From Victivallis vadensis (lineage in GTDB: Bacteria > Verrucomicrobiota > Lentisphaeria > Victivallales > GWF2-50-93), in NCBI GenBank assembly GCA_945883805.1, contig CAMCYE010000005.1, positions 5,269-69,268 on the forward strand: 64,000 bases of DNA, given 5' to 3'. Each line of letters starts with the position of its first letter. Within the stretch, counting starts at the first letter, position 1. A program made the position numbers and the translations under genes. Of the stretch, positions 53,284 to 62,791 are shown piece by piece. Below the pieces are notes generated by a model. It ran no database searches, was not told where the DNA came from, and saw only the letters and a program-made list of their open reading frames with translations.

Positions 53284-55806
53284 TCATGGCTTCTTGAACT
53301 GATCCGCGCTCCTGTTAACCAGGATGATTCTGTCGACAAGCACAAGTTCCGTCCCCTTCATTCCCGGGCTTCCGGCAAAGTGCTTTCTTTCTGCGACGGG
53401 AAGAAGGGCCTCGTCCGGCTTGTTCCCGTATGCCCCCGCCGCGTCAAACTTGAGCGAGACATAGACGTCCCATACATTCTCGCCTCCCGCTTCGAAAAGC
53501 TTGTCCCCAAACTCTATATTCGTATCCCATCCCCTTGAGAACCAGAGCATGCAGTCAGTGGTGGCCTTGACCGTGCCTAGTTTATATAGGACGTATCCAC
53601 CCGGTTTTATCTCATTCAATTCTAAAGAGCGTTTTGCCGCAACCGTCTTTATGTCGTTCTGGTAGAATCCGAACGTGAATGGCAGATCGGGCATTGCCAC
53701 TGGCACCGCATATCCGAAAGCAGCATCCTTGTCCAGGACGGATTTTGGACCCGGCCGGCGTTTTGGATATTTGGGGAGATATTGACGTATCAATGAGGGA
53801 TCAATTCCGGCTAGCTCCTGTGGCAGGGGCTTTGAATGGCCGCCGGCCTGGATGACAGTGATGAAATCGCCCGGCGAAGATCCCCTAGTCTGCTGGCGGT
53901 TGATGCCTTTCTTCTCCCAGGCCAGAGCGAGAATCTCCTTGGCGCTGTTAACTGCTTCTATGCGGTCCGAAAACACCTTGTAGTCGGTATAATATTCCGG
54001 TTGCACTTTCTTCAAATCAAACCATTTCCACAATGCCGCCAAGTCCAGTTCCCGCCTCAATAGACGGACATTCCCCAGAAACCGTTCCGGTTGCCCCTTG
54101 AGCCCTGACTCCATCTGGTCGAAATACGTCTCCCAGCGGTGGATGTTTTCGGCGGTAAGATATGGGAATGTGCGGGCATCCGTGTTTGACGACGTGTAGG
54201 TAACGTTGGGCGGCAGGGCCATTGTCTTGCGGCACTGTTCAAGTTCCGCCATGTATTTCCTAGCCAGAGGTGCTGCAGAACCGTAGAAATTGTCGGTGAC
54301 CTCAATGATTAACTTTTCCGTGTCGCAATTCACATCCTGCATGAGCTTATATAGCAAATAGCTCTGCAGATCGCTGAAGTTGCTGCGGGCGTTGAAGCCG
54401 GCACCCTGGTCCAGGAAGACGCCCTCCACTCCGGCCTTGTGCAGCATCCTGATATTTTTTATGTTCCGTTCGATGTTTCCGACCGGCATCGCCACTCCAC
54501 TGCCGGACGGGTGCGGATACAGCCATGCCCACAAGTGCGACGATATCCTCCTCCATTCCAGAAGATCGCGATATGTGTCCTGTATGCGAGCGTCAGGATT
54601 CTCCCAGTCGGCAAAGTAATTGTCCTCGATATGGGCGAAGTCGACGATTATGTTTTCCGGTAAACGCACACCTTCAGCAAGTGCCGGGGGCTTCTGCGTC
54701 TGTGCCCGGCGGTAGGCCAGCGTCTTGACCAAGATGTCCGGGTGCTTGCTTTTCAGCATCGTACACAGTTCGATAAGATAATCATAGAAAGGGCCGCCCG
54801 GGCTTTTATATTTCTCCTCAAGCTCCTTGCAGGGCTTGCAGTAGCAGAACGGCCCGGGATTGTCCTGGGCGCAGAGGCTCAACGCTCCGCGGCCTCCGAT
54901 GATTGAAATGTGTTTGAGAATGTTCTTCGTCAACTCCTCCCTCAGCTTTGGATTAGAGAAGCAAAGCTGCCTGCTGTCTATGCGCTGGCCGTTATCCCAC
55001 AAGGAGAAAAAATCCGGGTTGGTCGCAAAATAGTTCTTTGTAACCCAGTCATAGCGTCCGGCCTCTTCTGACTTGGGATTAGGAGTTATATAGCTGAAAA
55101 GATTGTGGGTGGCGGCGAGGTCCGCATCAGGTATTTCGGATACAAATCTGTTCAAGTCAGGCGATGTGTTGCCTTTCAGCCGCTGTCTTTTGACATGTTC
55201 GTCGAACCCCATGTTCATTCTCTGCTGGTAGAAGAAATCCAAGCCGCGGCGGTTGCTTACGCACCTGTATGCAAATGAAAACCCCTTTTGCCGCTCAAAC
55301 GGCTCCAGGATGAGTGTGCGCCTGGCGGGAATCACGGGCGACTCGAACACCGAGTACCAGCGCCAGCCCAGCGAGTTCTCCAGGAAATCCATTACTGCGT
55401 ACAAGTTGCCGTGGACGCCTTTGCCGTAGAGGAAAATATCCTGTCCGACGTTGCGGACAACAAATTCCTGATCCTTGAGTTTCAGCATGGGGTCGCTGCC
55501 GAGGTGTTTCACCACAGGCCCGCTGACACCTATGTAGATGGAGGGCTTGCCTGCGGTAGCATCGCTGGGGGTTGTAATCGGAAATTTTACGCCTGTGATG
55601 AGTTCAAGATAGCCGGCCAATTCCTTGGCGGCATAGTCATCCACCAGTGTCGGCGAATCAGGTTTGACTATGGAATAGCCCGTATTACCGTCCTTCGACA
55701 AGAGCAACTGTCCGCCGGTGTCGTTCCCGGCTAAAATGTCTGGGGACGATGCAAAAGAGACAGTGGCGAGAACCATGGCCGAGATGCAATATTTCAGCTT
55801 CATCAT
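53284..55806 (-). CDS. Secreted DUF4838-like protein (GH20/GH67-like N-terminal domain architecture)
   Basis: The start is trimmed to MMKLKYCISAMVLATVSFASS (signal peptide). PSIYIGVSGPVVKHLG ... FVVRNVGQDIFLYGKGVHGNLYAVMDFLENSLGWRWY resembles DUF4838 proteins as I recall them. Confidence 0.55.
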   Translation of the reverse strand: MMKLKYCISAMVLATVSFASSPDILAGNDTGGQLLLSKDGNTGYSIVKPDSPTLVDDYAAKELAGYLELITGVKFPITTPSDATAGKPSIYIGVSGPVVKHLGSDPMLKLKDQEFVVRNVGQDIFLYGKGVHGNLYAVMDFLENSLGWRWYSVFESPVIPARRTLILEPFERQKGFSFAYRCVSNRRGLDFFYQQRMNMGFDEHVKRQRLKGNTSPDLNRFVSEIPDADLAATHNLFSYITPNPKSEEAGRYDWVTKNYFATNPDFFSLWDNGQRIDSRQLCFSNPKLREELTKNILKHISIIGGRGALSLCAQDNPGPFCYCKPCKELEEKYKSPGGPFYDYLIELCTMLKSKHPDILVKTLAYRRAQTQKPPALAEGVRLPENIIVDFAHIEDNYFADWENPDARIQDTYRDLLEWRRISSHLWAWLYPHPSGSGVAMPVGNIERNIKNIRMLHKAGVEGVFLDQGAGFNARSNFSDLQSYLLYKLMQDVNCDTEKLIIEVTDNFYGSAAPLARKYMAELEQCRKTMALPPNVTYTSSNTDARTFPYLTAENIHRWETYFDQMESGLKGQPERFLGNVRLLRRELDLAALWKWFDLKKVQPEYYTDYKVFSDRIEAVNSAKEILALAWEKKGINRQQTRGSSPGDFITVIQAGGHSKPLPQELAGIDPSLIRQYLPKYPKRRPGPKSVLDKDAAFGYAVPVAMPDLPFTFGFYQNDIKTVAAKRSLELNEIKPGGYVLYKLGTVKATTDCMLWFSRGWDTNIEFGDKLFEAGGENVWDVYVSLKFDAAGAYGNKPDEALLPVAERKHFAGSPGMKGTELVLVDRIILVNRSADQFKKP

Positions 55807-56119
55807 GGTGTCCAAGAGCCTCGTTAATGGCTTAGTGTTTAATAGTTGACCTTTTGAAATATTCTCCATTTCTCCCATCCTCCTGTTTTTTTTGGCTCGA
55901 ATATGTTGTTATTTCTTCTTCCATCGCCCCTGCGAATGAATACTGCCGTCCTTGCCTTCGGGCAAATATGTTTCCTTATTGTATACTTTATTATATCATT
56001 TTTCCGGATCTTGTCAATAGCCTGCACGGCAAAAAACACAAATAAAACAAAAAAGTTTTGCTTTGTTTCTTCCGACGATATATTTTAATCCCAGTAATTT
56101 CCACGAAGGCAAGATCCTG

Positions 56120-56680
56120 ATGCAGAAAAGCAAGAACATCATAAAGGTGATCCGCAAGCAGAAGGGCATGACCCTCGACCGCCTGGCAAAGGTCACCGGC
56201 CTGACAAAAGGATACCTTTCAAGAATCGAGCGGGCCTCGGCACTGCCGCCATTCTCCACGCTCGAACTCGTCGCCAAGGCCTTCGATATCGACGTGGTGT
56301 CGATGATCGAGAAGAATTCAAGCGCACACCTGCACCCGGACATCGATGTCATGAGGAGGGGCGAGAGGGAAGAGGGAGACGGGGCCAGCACGCGGGAGAA
56401 CTGCTCCTTCACATCCATACTTCATTCCTACAGGGGCCGTTACATGAGCCCCATACTTGTGACTTTCGAACCGGGCGCGGAGCGCGAGTTCAAACACGAC
56501 AGCGAGGAGTTCGTGTATGTCCTCCGCGGGAGCATCACCCTCCTCTATGAAAATGAAACCTTTGCATTGAACACGGGCGACTGCTTCTACCTGGACTCCA
56601 GGAAGGAACACCGCTTCAGGAACGGCAAGAACGGGAAGACCTACCTCCTTTCAGTATCCTTCAACTACCGCAGATACTGA
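56120..56680 (+). CDS. XRE-family HTH / C-terminal cupin transcriptional regulator, paralogue 2
   Basis: Nearly identical to 43496-44056. Differences include SRIERAS, VAKAF, DVMRRGE, FEPGAEREFKH, ENETFALNTG, NYRRY. Confidence 0.8.
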   Translation: MQKSKNIIKVIRKQKGMTLDRLAKVTGLTKGYLSRIERASALPPFSTLELVAKAFDIDVVSMIEKNSSAHLHPDIDVMRRGEREEGDGASTRENCSFTSILHSYRGRYMSPILVTFEPGAEREFKHDSEEFVYVLRGSITLLYENETFALNTGDCFYLDSRKEHRFRNGKNGKTYLLSVSFNYRRY

Positions 56681-56885
56681 TTCCCCGATACCGGCCCGAC
56701 GCAACAGTTCAGGTTGCTCCGACATCTCCTGAAAATAACCACAGAGGGCACAGGGAAATTCGCATTTATAACAGAACCATGACGAATGCGTCTCTTCTCC
56801 CTCTGTGTCCTCTGTGGCTAGTTCCAGAAAGAGACTGGCCGATTACCTCTCCCCACAAAACTGATAAAAAAAATTAAATTGGATG

Positions 56886-56935
56886 TTGACACGAAACCGA
56901 AAATGCGTATAATATGAATGTTTCCTATTTGGAAA
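56886..56935 (+). promoter_or_regulatory. Consensus promoter plus inverted repeat, copy 2
   Basis: TTGACA (56886-56891), a 16-nt spacer, TATAAT (56908-56913), then TTTCC-TATTT-GGAAA at 56921-56935. Confidence 0.6.
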
Positions 56936-57115
56936 TATTTAACGCCGCAACCGTGCGCTTGGCGGATGTTCGGGAACGACTTTCGCGTGTATGTCGAATT
57001 GTTCGTACATCTTCGGGGTGTTGGAACCGGAAAAGCCGTCAATAGCACCAGGTACATATGGAGACGCATGTTTTTGGGAGTGAACATTACAAGCCGGTAA
57101 TATTAGGAGGAAGTT

Positions 57116-58636
57116 ATGAACGACATCAAACGACTGAAATTATTTTACGGAGGCCAATGGCTTGAATCAAAGTGCCACAAACACATGGACATTTTCGATC
57201 CGAGCACCGGCGAGGTGATTGCACAGGCGCCCTGCTGTACGGCTGAAGAGGTCGGGTCGGCGATAAAATCCGCCGCCACTGCTTTTCCCGCCTGGGCGGA
57301 CACCCCGGCCATGAAAAGGGTGCAGGTCCTTTACAGGTTTCGCGAACTGCTTGAAAAGCATTTGGACGAACTTACCATGCTGGTTTGCCGGGAAAACGGC
57401 AAAGTCTGGGAGGAGGCCAAAGGCGATGTCCTTAAGGCAAAGGAGGCGGTGGAGTTCGCCTGTGGAATCCCGTCCCTGCTGATGGGAGAATCCCTCATGA
57501 ACGCGTCCGCCGGCTTTGACACCGTACTCTACAGGGAACCGGTCGGTGTGTTTGCGGGGATCGCGCCATTCAACTTTCCCGCGATGATCCCGATCGGCTG
57601 GATGATGCCGCTTTGCATAGCCTCTGGAAACACCCTGGTACTCAAGGCCTCCAGCATGACCCCGATGACTGCCCTGCGCTGTGCGGAACTTCTGCAGGAG
57701 GCGGGTCTGCCGGACGGAGTCGTCAATATCGTCACCTGCAGCCGCAACGAGGCGGAACTATTCCTCAAGGAGCCGGCCGTAAAGGGCGTGACGTTTGTCG
57801 GTTCGACTTCTACGGGAATGCATGTATACGCCACGGCATCCGCAAACGGGAAAAGGGTGCAGGCCCTGTGCGAGGCAAAGAACCACGCGTTAGTGCTGGA
57901 AGATGCGCCACTGGAGCATACCGCCCGCAGCATCATCAACGCCGCTTTCGGATGCGCTGGGGAACGCTGCATGGCGCTGCCGGCAGTTGTGGCGCATGCG
58001 AATATAGCCGACGAACTTGCGGGGCTACTTGCGAAGTTCGCAGGCGAACTGAAGGTCGGTCCCGCATACGACAAGTCCTCCGAACTCGGTCCGCTTGTCA
58101 CAGCGGCCCACCGCAAGTCGGTCCTTGATTGGATTGAGAGGGGGATCAAGGAAGGGGCGAAACTTGTCCTCGACGGCAGAAACGTGCAGGTCAAAGGTTA
58201 TGAAAAAGGTTTTTACCTCAAGCCGACCATCTTCGATCACGTGAAACCCGGAATGAGCATAGGCGACGATGAAATCTTCGGTCCGGTTCTCTGTATCAAA
58301 AGAGTCGCGGATTTCGAGGAGGGATTGCAGCTCATGAATGGGAACAGGTTTGCAAACGGATCAGTGATATTCACAAGGGACGGTCATTTCAGCAGGGAAT
58401 TCGCCAGACGCACGCATGGCGGCATGGTCGGGATCAACGTAGGCATCCCGGTGCCGGCCGGAGTATTCCCGTTCACAGGACACAAGGATTCCTTCTTCGG
58501 CGACTTGCATGCGCTCGGAAAGGATGGAGTAAGGTTCTACACAGAGACAAAAGCCGTAACCACACGCTGGTTCGGGAAGGAGGAGGCCGGAAAACAGAAA
58601 ATCGACACATGGGACGGCACAGTTGTACGTCCCTGA
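57116..58636 (+). CDS. mmsA: CoA-acylating methylmalonate/malonate-semialdehyde dehydrogenase
   Basis: FNFPAMIP, EAKNH, FGCAGERCMA (catalytic Cys) and a C-terminus without the usual ALDH Glu-loop pattern. This is a strong overall resemblance to MmsA/IolA. AGGAGG lies upstream. Confidence 0.8.
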   Translation: MNDIKRLKLFYGGQWLESKCHKHMDIFDPSTGEVIAQAPCCTAEEVGSAIKSAATAFPAWADTPAMKRVQVLYRFRELLEKHLDELTMLVCRENGKVWEEAKGDVLKAKEAVEFACGIPSLLMGESLMNASAGFDTVLYREPVGVFAGIAPFNFPAMIPIGWMMPLCIASGNTLVLKASSMTPMTALRCAELLQEAGLPDGVVNIVTCSRNEAELFLKEPAVKGVTFVGSTSTGMHVYATASANGKRVQALCEAKNHALVLEDAPLEHTARSIINAAFGCAGERCMALPAVVAHANIADELAGLLAKFAGELKVGPAYDKSSELGPLVTAAHRKSVLDWIERGIKEGAKLVLDGRNVQVKGYEKGFYLKPTIFDHVKPGMSIGDDEIFGPVLCIKRVADFEEGLQLMNGNRFANGSVIFTRDGHFSREFARRTHGGMVGINVGIPVPAGVFPFTGHKDSFFGDLHALGKDGVRFYTETKAVTTRWFGKEEAGKQKIDTWDGTVVRP

Positions 58637-58683
58637 ATAAATATGCCGGAAGGCCAATTGATCAAATAAAGGAGGAATGGAAA

Positions 58684-59559
58684 ATGAAGAAGTCGACAAA
58701 GGTCATGATTTCAACGGTTTCAAGTGTGCTGCTTTTGACGTTCTGCTCTGGAGGACTCATCGCAGGAGACAATCTTCTGAACGGAGGCGACGGAGAGGAT
58801 GAGGGGCTCCTGAAAAAATGGACCGGCGCACCCAGCCAGAGGAACACCATGGAAAAAAAATCAGGCGATGCTTCCATCCAGTTATGGGACATAAACTGGC
58901 TCTTCTCGCCCGATCTGATACCGGTTGACACGTCCAAAACGTATGAGCTTAAGGCGCAAATTAAGACGGCAAAAGACAAGAAGCCGACCCAGGGTCTTTT
59001 AGGCGTCCGCTACTACAACGCCGATAAGATGGAAATGTCGGCATTATCGGTCTGTCCCGTCAAAGGTGCCATGACAACATTGGCCGCCGCCGCAAAGAAA
59101 GGCGACAAGTCAGTCATCATCCCGGGCGATGCCTCCTGGACGGTAGGTTCACTTTTCGGTGTAGCGTTCAACGCCGCCGATGACTTATCCGATCTGCCGA
59201 ACCTGTCGGCTGTCCGGATGGTGAACATTAAGAAGAAAGACAGTACGTTGGAAGTGATCCTCAAATCGCCGTTGGAGACGGATTATCCCGCCGGGACAAA
59301 GGTGAGGCAGCAGCGTTATATAGATTTTACAGGCATGGAATTTACCACTACCGACGATTGGAAGGAGTTGACGCTCAAGTTGTCCGGGCAGAACGAACCG
59401 GGCTCCGCTCCAGTGAAAAACCAAATGTGGCTGGGAACCAAATACATCCGTATCGCCATATTCAGCAATATGAGCGGCAAGGTGGACAATTCTGTGGCCG
59501 TGCTTTTCGATGACATATCATTTTCAGAAGTGAGCGACGTTCCAGAGGCAAAACCGTGA
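58684..59559 (+). CDS. Secreted CBM-like / jelly-roll protein
   Basis: The start is trimmed to MKKSTKVMISTVSSVLLLTFCSGG (signal peptide, possibly a lipoprotein Cys), with GGAGG upstream. DNLLNGGDGEDEG opens the mature part as in CBM4/9-type modules. Confidence 0.45.
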   Translation: MKKSTKVMISTVSSVLLLTFCSGGLIAGDNLLNGGDGEDEGLLKKWTGAPSQRNTMEKKSGDASIQLWDINWLFSPDLIPVDTSKTYELKAQIKTAKDKKPTQGLLGVRYYNADKMEMSALSVCPVKGAMTTLAAAAKKGDKSVIIPGDASWTVGSLFGVAFNAADDLSDLPNLSAVRMVNIKKKDSTLEVILKSPLETDYPAGTKVRQQRYIDFTGMEFTTTDDWKELTLKLSGQNEPGSAPVKNQMWLGTKYIRIAIFSNMSGKVDNSVAVLFDDISFSEVSDVPEAKP

Positions 59560-61688
59560 AATGCAAAACTCCAGCCGGCCATATCGACGCCAGTGACTGC
59601 GGAGCATCGGGTTCAGAGTTCAAGACGGTCGGTGCCATAACCGCAGGATCCAACGTGATCAGGGTTGATGACGTCGGTGATTTCCGTGTCGGTCAGGAAG
59701 TGGAGGTGTCGCACTGCCACCTCCACCACTACGGTACTGTCTATGCCGCAGGAAAACCGGCCTTGGCGGGAAGCCAGCACAAGCTGGAAGGAGAGGTGGA
59801 ATTATCCGGACTTGACGATGCGAAGCCGTGGCAGACATTCGTAATTCATTTCGACGCGACAGATCCTGTCACTTTCCGCTGGATGGCGGTTGATCCGGCA
59901 TACCAGACCATGGTCAGGCATGAACCGGTGACATTCCGCGAATGGGTCTGGCAGGGTACGGGCGTTCCGATCAGTGGCGATTGGCTGCCGCTTCTTGACG
60001 GTGTGCGGATGCGTTTCAGGAAACGTGACTGGGAACCGGGGCAGTGCATTTCATTTCACGCCCGCAACCGTCTGCTGGCCAGCATAACCGGCATCTCGGG
60101 AAAGATGCTTACTCTGAGCGCACCCGCCACCCGCGATGCCGTATCAGCAGAAATCCGCCATCACGACCAGTCCGCGCTCCAGACTGCCGTTGATATGGCT
60201 ATTGCCGATCGCAAAAACCTCTTCATTCCAGCGGGCCGTTACCGTCTAAGCTCCGGTTTGTGGATACGGAACGCCTCACTGGGGATTGAAGGGGCGCACC
60301 GGGAGCATACGTTGCTTGACATAAGCGGGGACAATACTGCCGTGTTCTGGATTTCCGGCGGCAAAGATGTCTCCGTGCGCAATCTGGCAATGCTCGGACA
60401 TACCGGATTCATGGAACTGCCGGCAGATCATTCATTCCCTACGGTTCAAGGATCCGCATTCTGGCCTACAGCCAACCAGCAGATGGAGGTGAAAGGGTGC
60501 GCAGCGGCGAATATCGTGAGCACCGAGCATCTGCTTTTCGAGGATCTGAAGGTCTCGCGCATGGTGTCGGAAGCCTTCTATCTGCATGGTGCGGACAGGT
60601 TGGGCAACCCGCCGTTCATACAGGCGCCCCACGAGGGAATGCATGAACTCGCACGACAATACACGAAATCCTGTATATTCCATCGCTGCCATGTGAGCGA
60701 CTGCGGGTTCAACGCCTTCAACAACAACGATTTCGCAGAGAACACAAGCATTTTGCATTGCCATGTTGAGAGGGTACACAACTTCTGCGAGGGCGCAGGC
60801 CGCTTCATCCGCATCATCGGGAACTACGTGCTGGACGGCTGTGCCACCAGCATCCACAGTTGCAGCAGAGCCTGGCCGTTGAAGCTTGGACCTTGTCAGG
60901 CCGTCATCTCCGACAATGTGTTTGAAGGGGGCGCCATATCCGGCGGTATCTCAATCGGCAACGCCGCCACACAGGTTGTCATATCGAACAATCTTTTCAT
61001 AGGCTACAGCAAAGAGTCGGCCATCACGGTGTTCGCCGGAACTAGAGGCTCCCCTGTCCGCACTGTCAACATAACCGGCAATATTGTGGATCTCACACGC
61101 CTCGGCGACAATCCAGAACATGACCGCGTTGGCATCGCCGTCAGTGCGTCAAATGTCGTTGTAGCGAACAATCAGATATACGTCCGGGGCTCTAAGACGG
61201 GAAATGTCACGGCAATCCATGTGTCCGACCATGCAGTAAACATCCATGTGCATGACAACATCGTCGAGAACTGCGACTGGGGATTCCGCACAGGGAGCCG
61301 AGTTTATGTAGTAGATGACGGTAAAGGCCGCTTTGAATATCGCCACACCGAATCCGAAGTGGGCGAAGTTTTAGGCAGCGGACTTTTCCGGGACCTTAAA
61401 CTGCCTGGCGGATGGGATGAGGTGTCGGCTTATTGCGGCTGGCATATCAAGTGGCTGAGCGGTGCAAATGCAGGTGTGACAACGACCATAGAGGGTTTCA
61501 CTACGAAAGAGCGGATAATGCGGCTGAAGGAGCCGTTGCAGTTACAAACCGGAGACCGCTTCGCTCTTTATCCGGCAAAAATGAACTGGCAGATCCACAA
61601 CAACACCATTGAAAACTGCACCCATCCATTTACAGTGGATCTGCTCGTAACTGAAGGCGTACAAATCAAGGATAATCTACTCGGATGA
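59556..61688 (+). CDS. Right-handed parallel beta-helix protein (pectate-lyase-fold, Pectate_lyase_3-like N-terminal part)
   Basis: GTGA overlap with the previous gene. DQSALQTAVDMAIADRKNLFIPAGRYRLSSGLWI is followed by many repeats of the (I/V)xxNx(I/V)xxC/G type (VISDNVFEGG, VISNNLFIGY, ITGNIVDL, VANNQIYV, VHDNIVENC, IHNNTIENC). No signal peptide. Confidence 0.65.
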   Translation: MKCKTPAGHIDASDCGASGSEFKTVGAITAGSNVIRVDDVGDFRVGQEVEVSHCHLHHYGTVYAAGKPALAGSQHKLEGEVELSGLDDAKPWQTFVIHFDATDPVTFRWMAVDPAYQTMVRHEPVTFREWVWQGTGVPISGDWLPLLDGVRMRFRKRDWEPGQCISFHARNRLLASITGISGKMLTLSAPATRDAVSAEIRHHDQSALQTAVDMAIADRKNLFIPAGRYRLSSGLWIRNASLGIEGAHREHTLLDISGDNTAVFWISGGKDVSVRNLAMLGHTGFMELPADHSFPTVQGSAFWPTANQQMEVKGCAAANIVSTEHLLFEDLKVSRMVSEAFYLHGADRLGNPPFIQAPHEGMHELARQYTKSCIFHRCHVSDCGFNAFNNNDFAENTSILHCHVERVHNFCEGAGRFIRIIGNYVLDGCATSIHSCSRAWPLKLGPCQAVISDNVFEGGAISGGISIGNAATQVVISNNLFIGYSKESAITVFAGTRGSPVRTVNITGNIVDLTRLGDNPEHDRVGIAVSASNVVVANNQIYVRGSKTGNVTAIHVSDHAVNIHVHDNIVENCDWGFRTGSRVYVVDDGKGRFEYRHTESEVGEVLGSGLFRDLKLPGGWDEVSAYCGWHIKWLSGANAGVTTTIEGFTTKERIMRLKEPLQLQTGDRFALYPAKMNWQIHNNTIENCTHPFTVDLLVTEGVQIKDNLLG

Positions 61689-62644
61689 ATCAAACAAAAA
61701 AAAGGAAAGGCGACCTTATGGAAATCAATATGATGTATTATGGATGCTCAAGCCCATATATCCCCCGAAATTACCGAGAGCATTTCAAAATGATGAAGGA
61801 GATGGGTGTTGACAGTGTCAATTTCAACTTTCTAGAAGGCTCTCTCAATTGGCTCAAATCGATTTCAGACATTGCGCATGAAAGCGGACTTCGCGCCTAT
61901 GGGATGCCGGGCCGTATCGCCGGTCTTTTCGCCGCAGGCCCCAGGCCATGCAGTGTTTTCACGCTGGAACACCCTGAGGCGCTGATGCTGGACAGGCATG
62001 GAAAACCGGTCATAGGTCATTCCGGTCTTTTGGCTTGCGTGAACAATCCCGTCTTCAAGGACTGGTTTTATCCGTTCATGGCGGAGGCGGCGGACGCATG
62101 CGACGGCATACTGTTCGACGAGCCGAAAAGCGGTGACGAGGCGTGTTATTGCGGCATATGCCGAAAACTTGCGGGAAGCGGAAACGAGGACGCACTGATA
62201 GACTTCCACCGCCGCTCCATGGCCGAGATGATGGGAAAAGTCGCGCAGTCGGCCAAGACTAAATCACCGGGCAAAACCTCGGGAGTGATGCTTATGCCGA
62301 TCTCTTCTCTTGAATTTACGGCACAATGCGCCGCACAGGAGGGGTTTGACTTTGTCGGCACCGACGGCCCGCTTTGCGCACAGTCGGTCGAGAAGGAGTA
62401 CATATCAAGTTCATTCCCCCGATTCCGTGAAATCGTACGTGGAGCGGGCAAAAGGACGATTGCTCTGGTGGAGACATTCTGTGTTTCACAAAACGCCCAC
62501 AAGGAGCTCCAACAGAACCTGCTCCCGCTTTCCGCATTGGACGCAGACATATTTTCCTTCAACTTCTACCCGCACAGGGTTGAGGCGCCTGACGAACTGA
62601 TGGATATTGTCAAAAAGACGATCCTCAGTCTGCGAAAACCGTAG
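61685..62644 (+). CDS. TIM-barrel glycosidase-like protein with GH42-like Cys cluster
   Basis: ATGA overlap with the previous gene. MGVDSVNFNF, ACVNNP and FDEPKSGDEACYCGICRKL recall the GH42 catalytic-domain zinc site (CxC..C). The assignment is weak. Confidence 0.4.
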   Translation: MNQTKKRKGDLMEINMMYYGCSSPYIPRNYREHFKMMKEMGVDSVNFNFLEGSLNWLKSISDIAHESGLRAYGMPGRIAGLFAAGPRPCSVFTLEHPEALMLDRHGKPVIGHSGLLACVNNPVFKDWFYPFMAEAADACDGILFDEPKSGDEACYCGICRKLAGSGNEDALIDFHRRSMAEMMGKVAQSAKTKSPGKTSGVMLMPISSLEFTAQCAAQEGFDFVGTDGPLCAQSVEKEYISSSFPRFREIVRGAGKRTIALVETFCVSQNAHKELQQNLLPLSALDADIFSFNFYPHRVEAPDELMDIVKKTILSLRKP

Positions 62645-62668
62645 CGGATTTATAGTTTTTCATTCACA

Positions 62669-62766
62669 GTCATCCCACAGGATGACGGATGGATCCGCCT
62701 ACGCAGAGAAGCTACGGCGTGACAAGTTGGATTGTTGGATGAATGGATGATTGGGTTTGAGTTCAA
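62669..62766 (+). repeat. ~100-nt intergenic mosaic repeat, forward copy
   Basis: GTCATCC-CACA-GGATGAC hairpin followed by GGATGGATCCGCCTACGCAGAGAAGCTACGGCGTGACAAGTTGGATTGTTGGATGAATGGATGATTGGGTTTGAGTTCAA. See 41451-41550 and 25197-25244. Confidence 0.75.
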
Positions 62767-62791
62767 AGAAAATTTAAAATAAGGAATCCAC

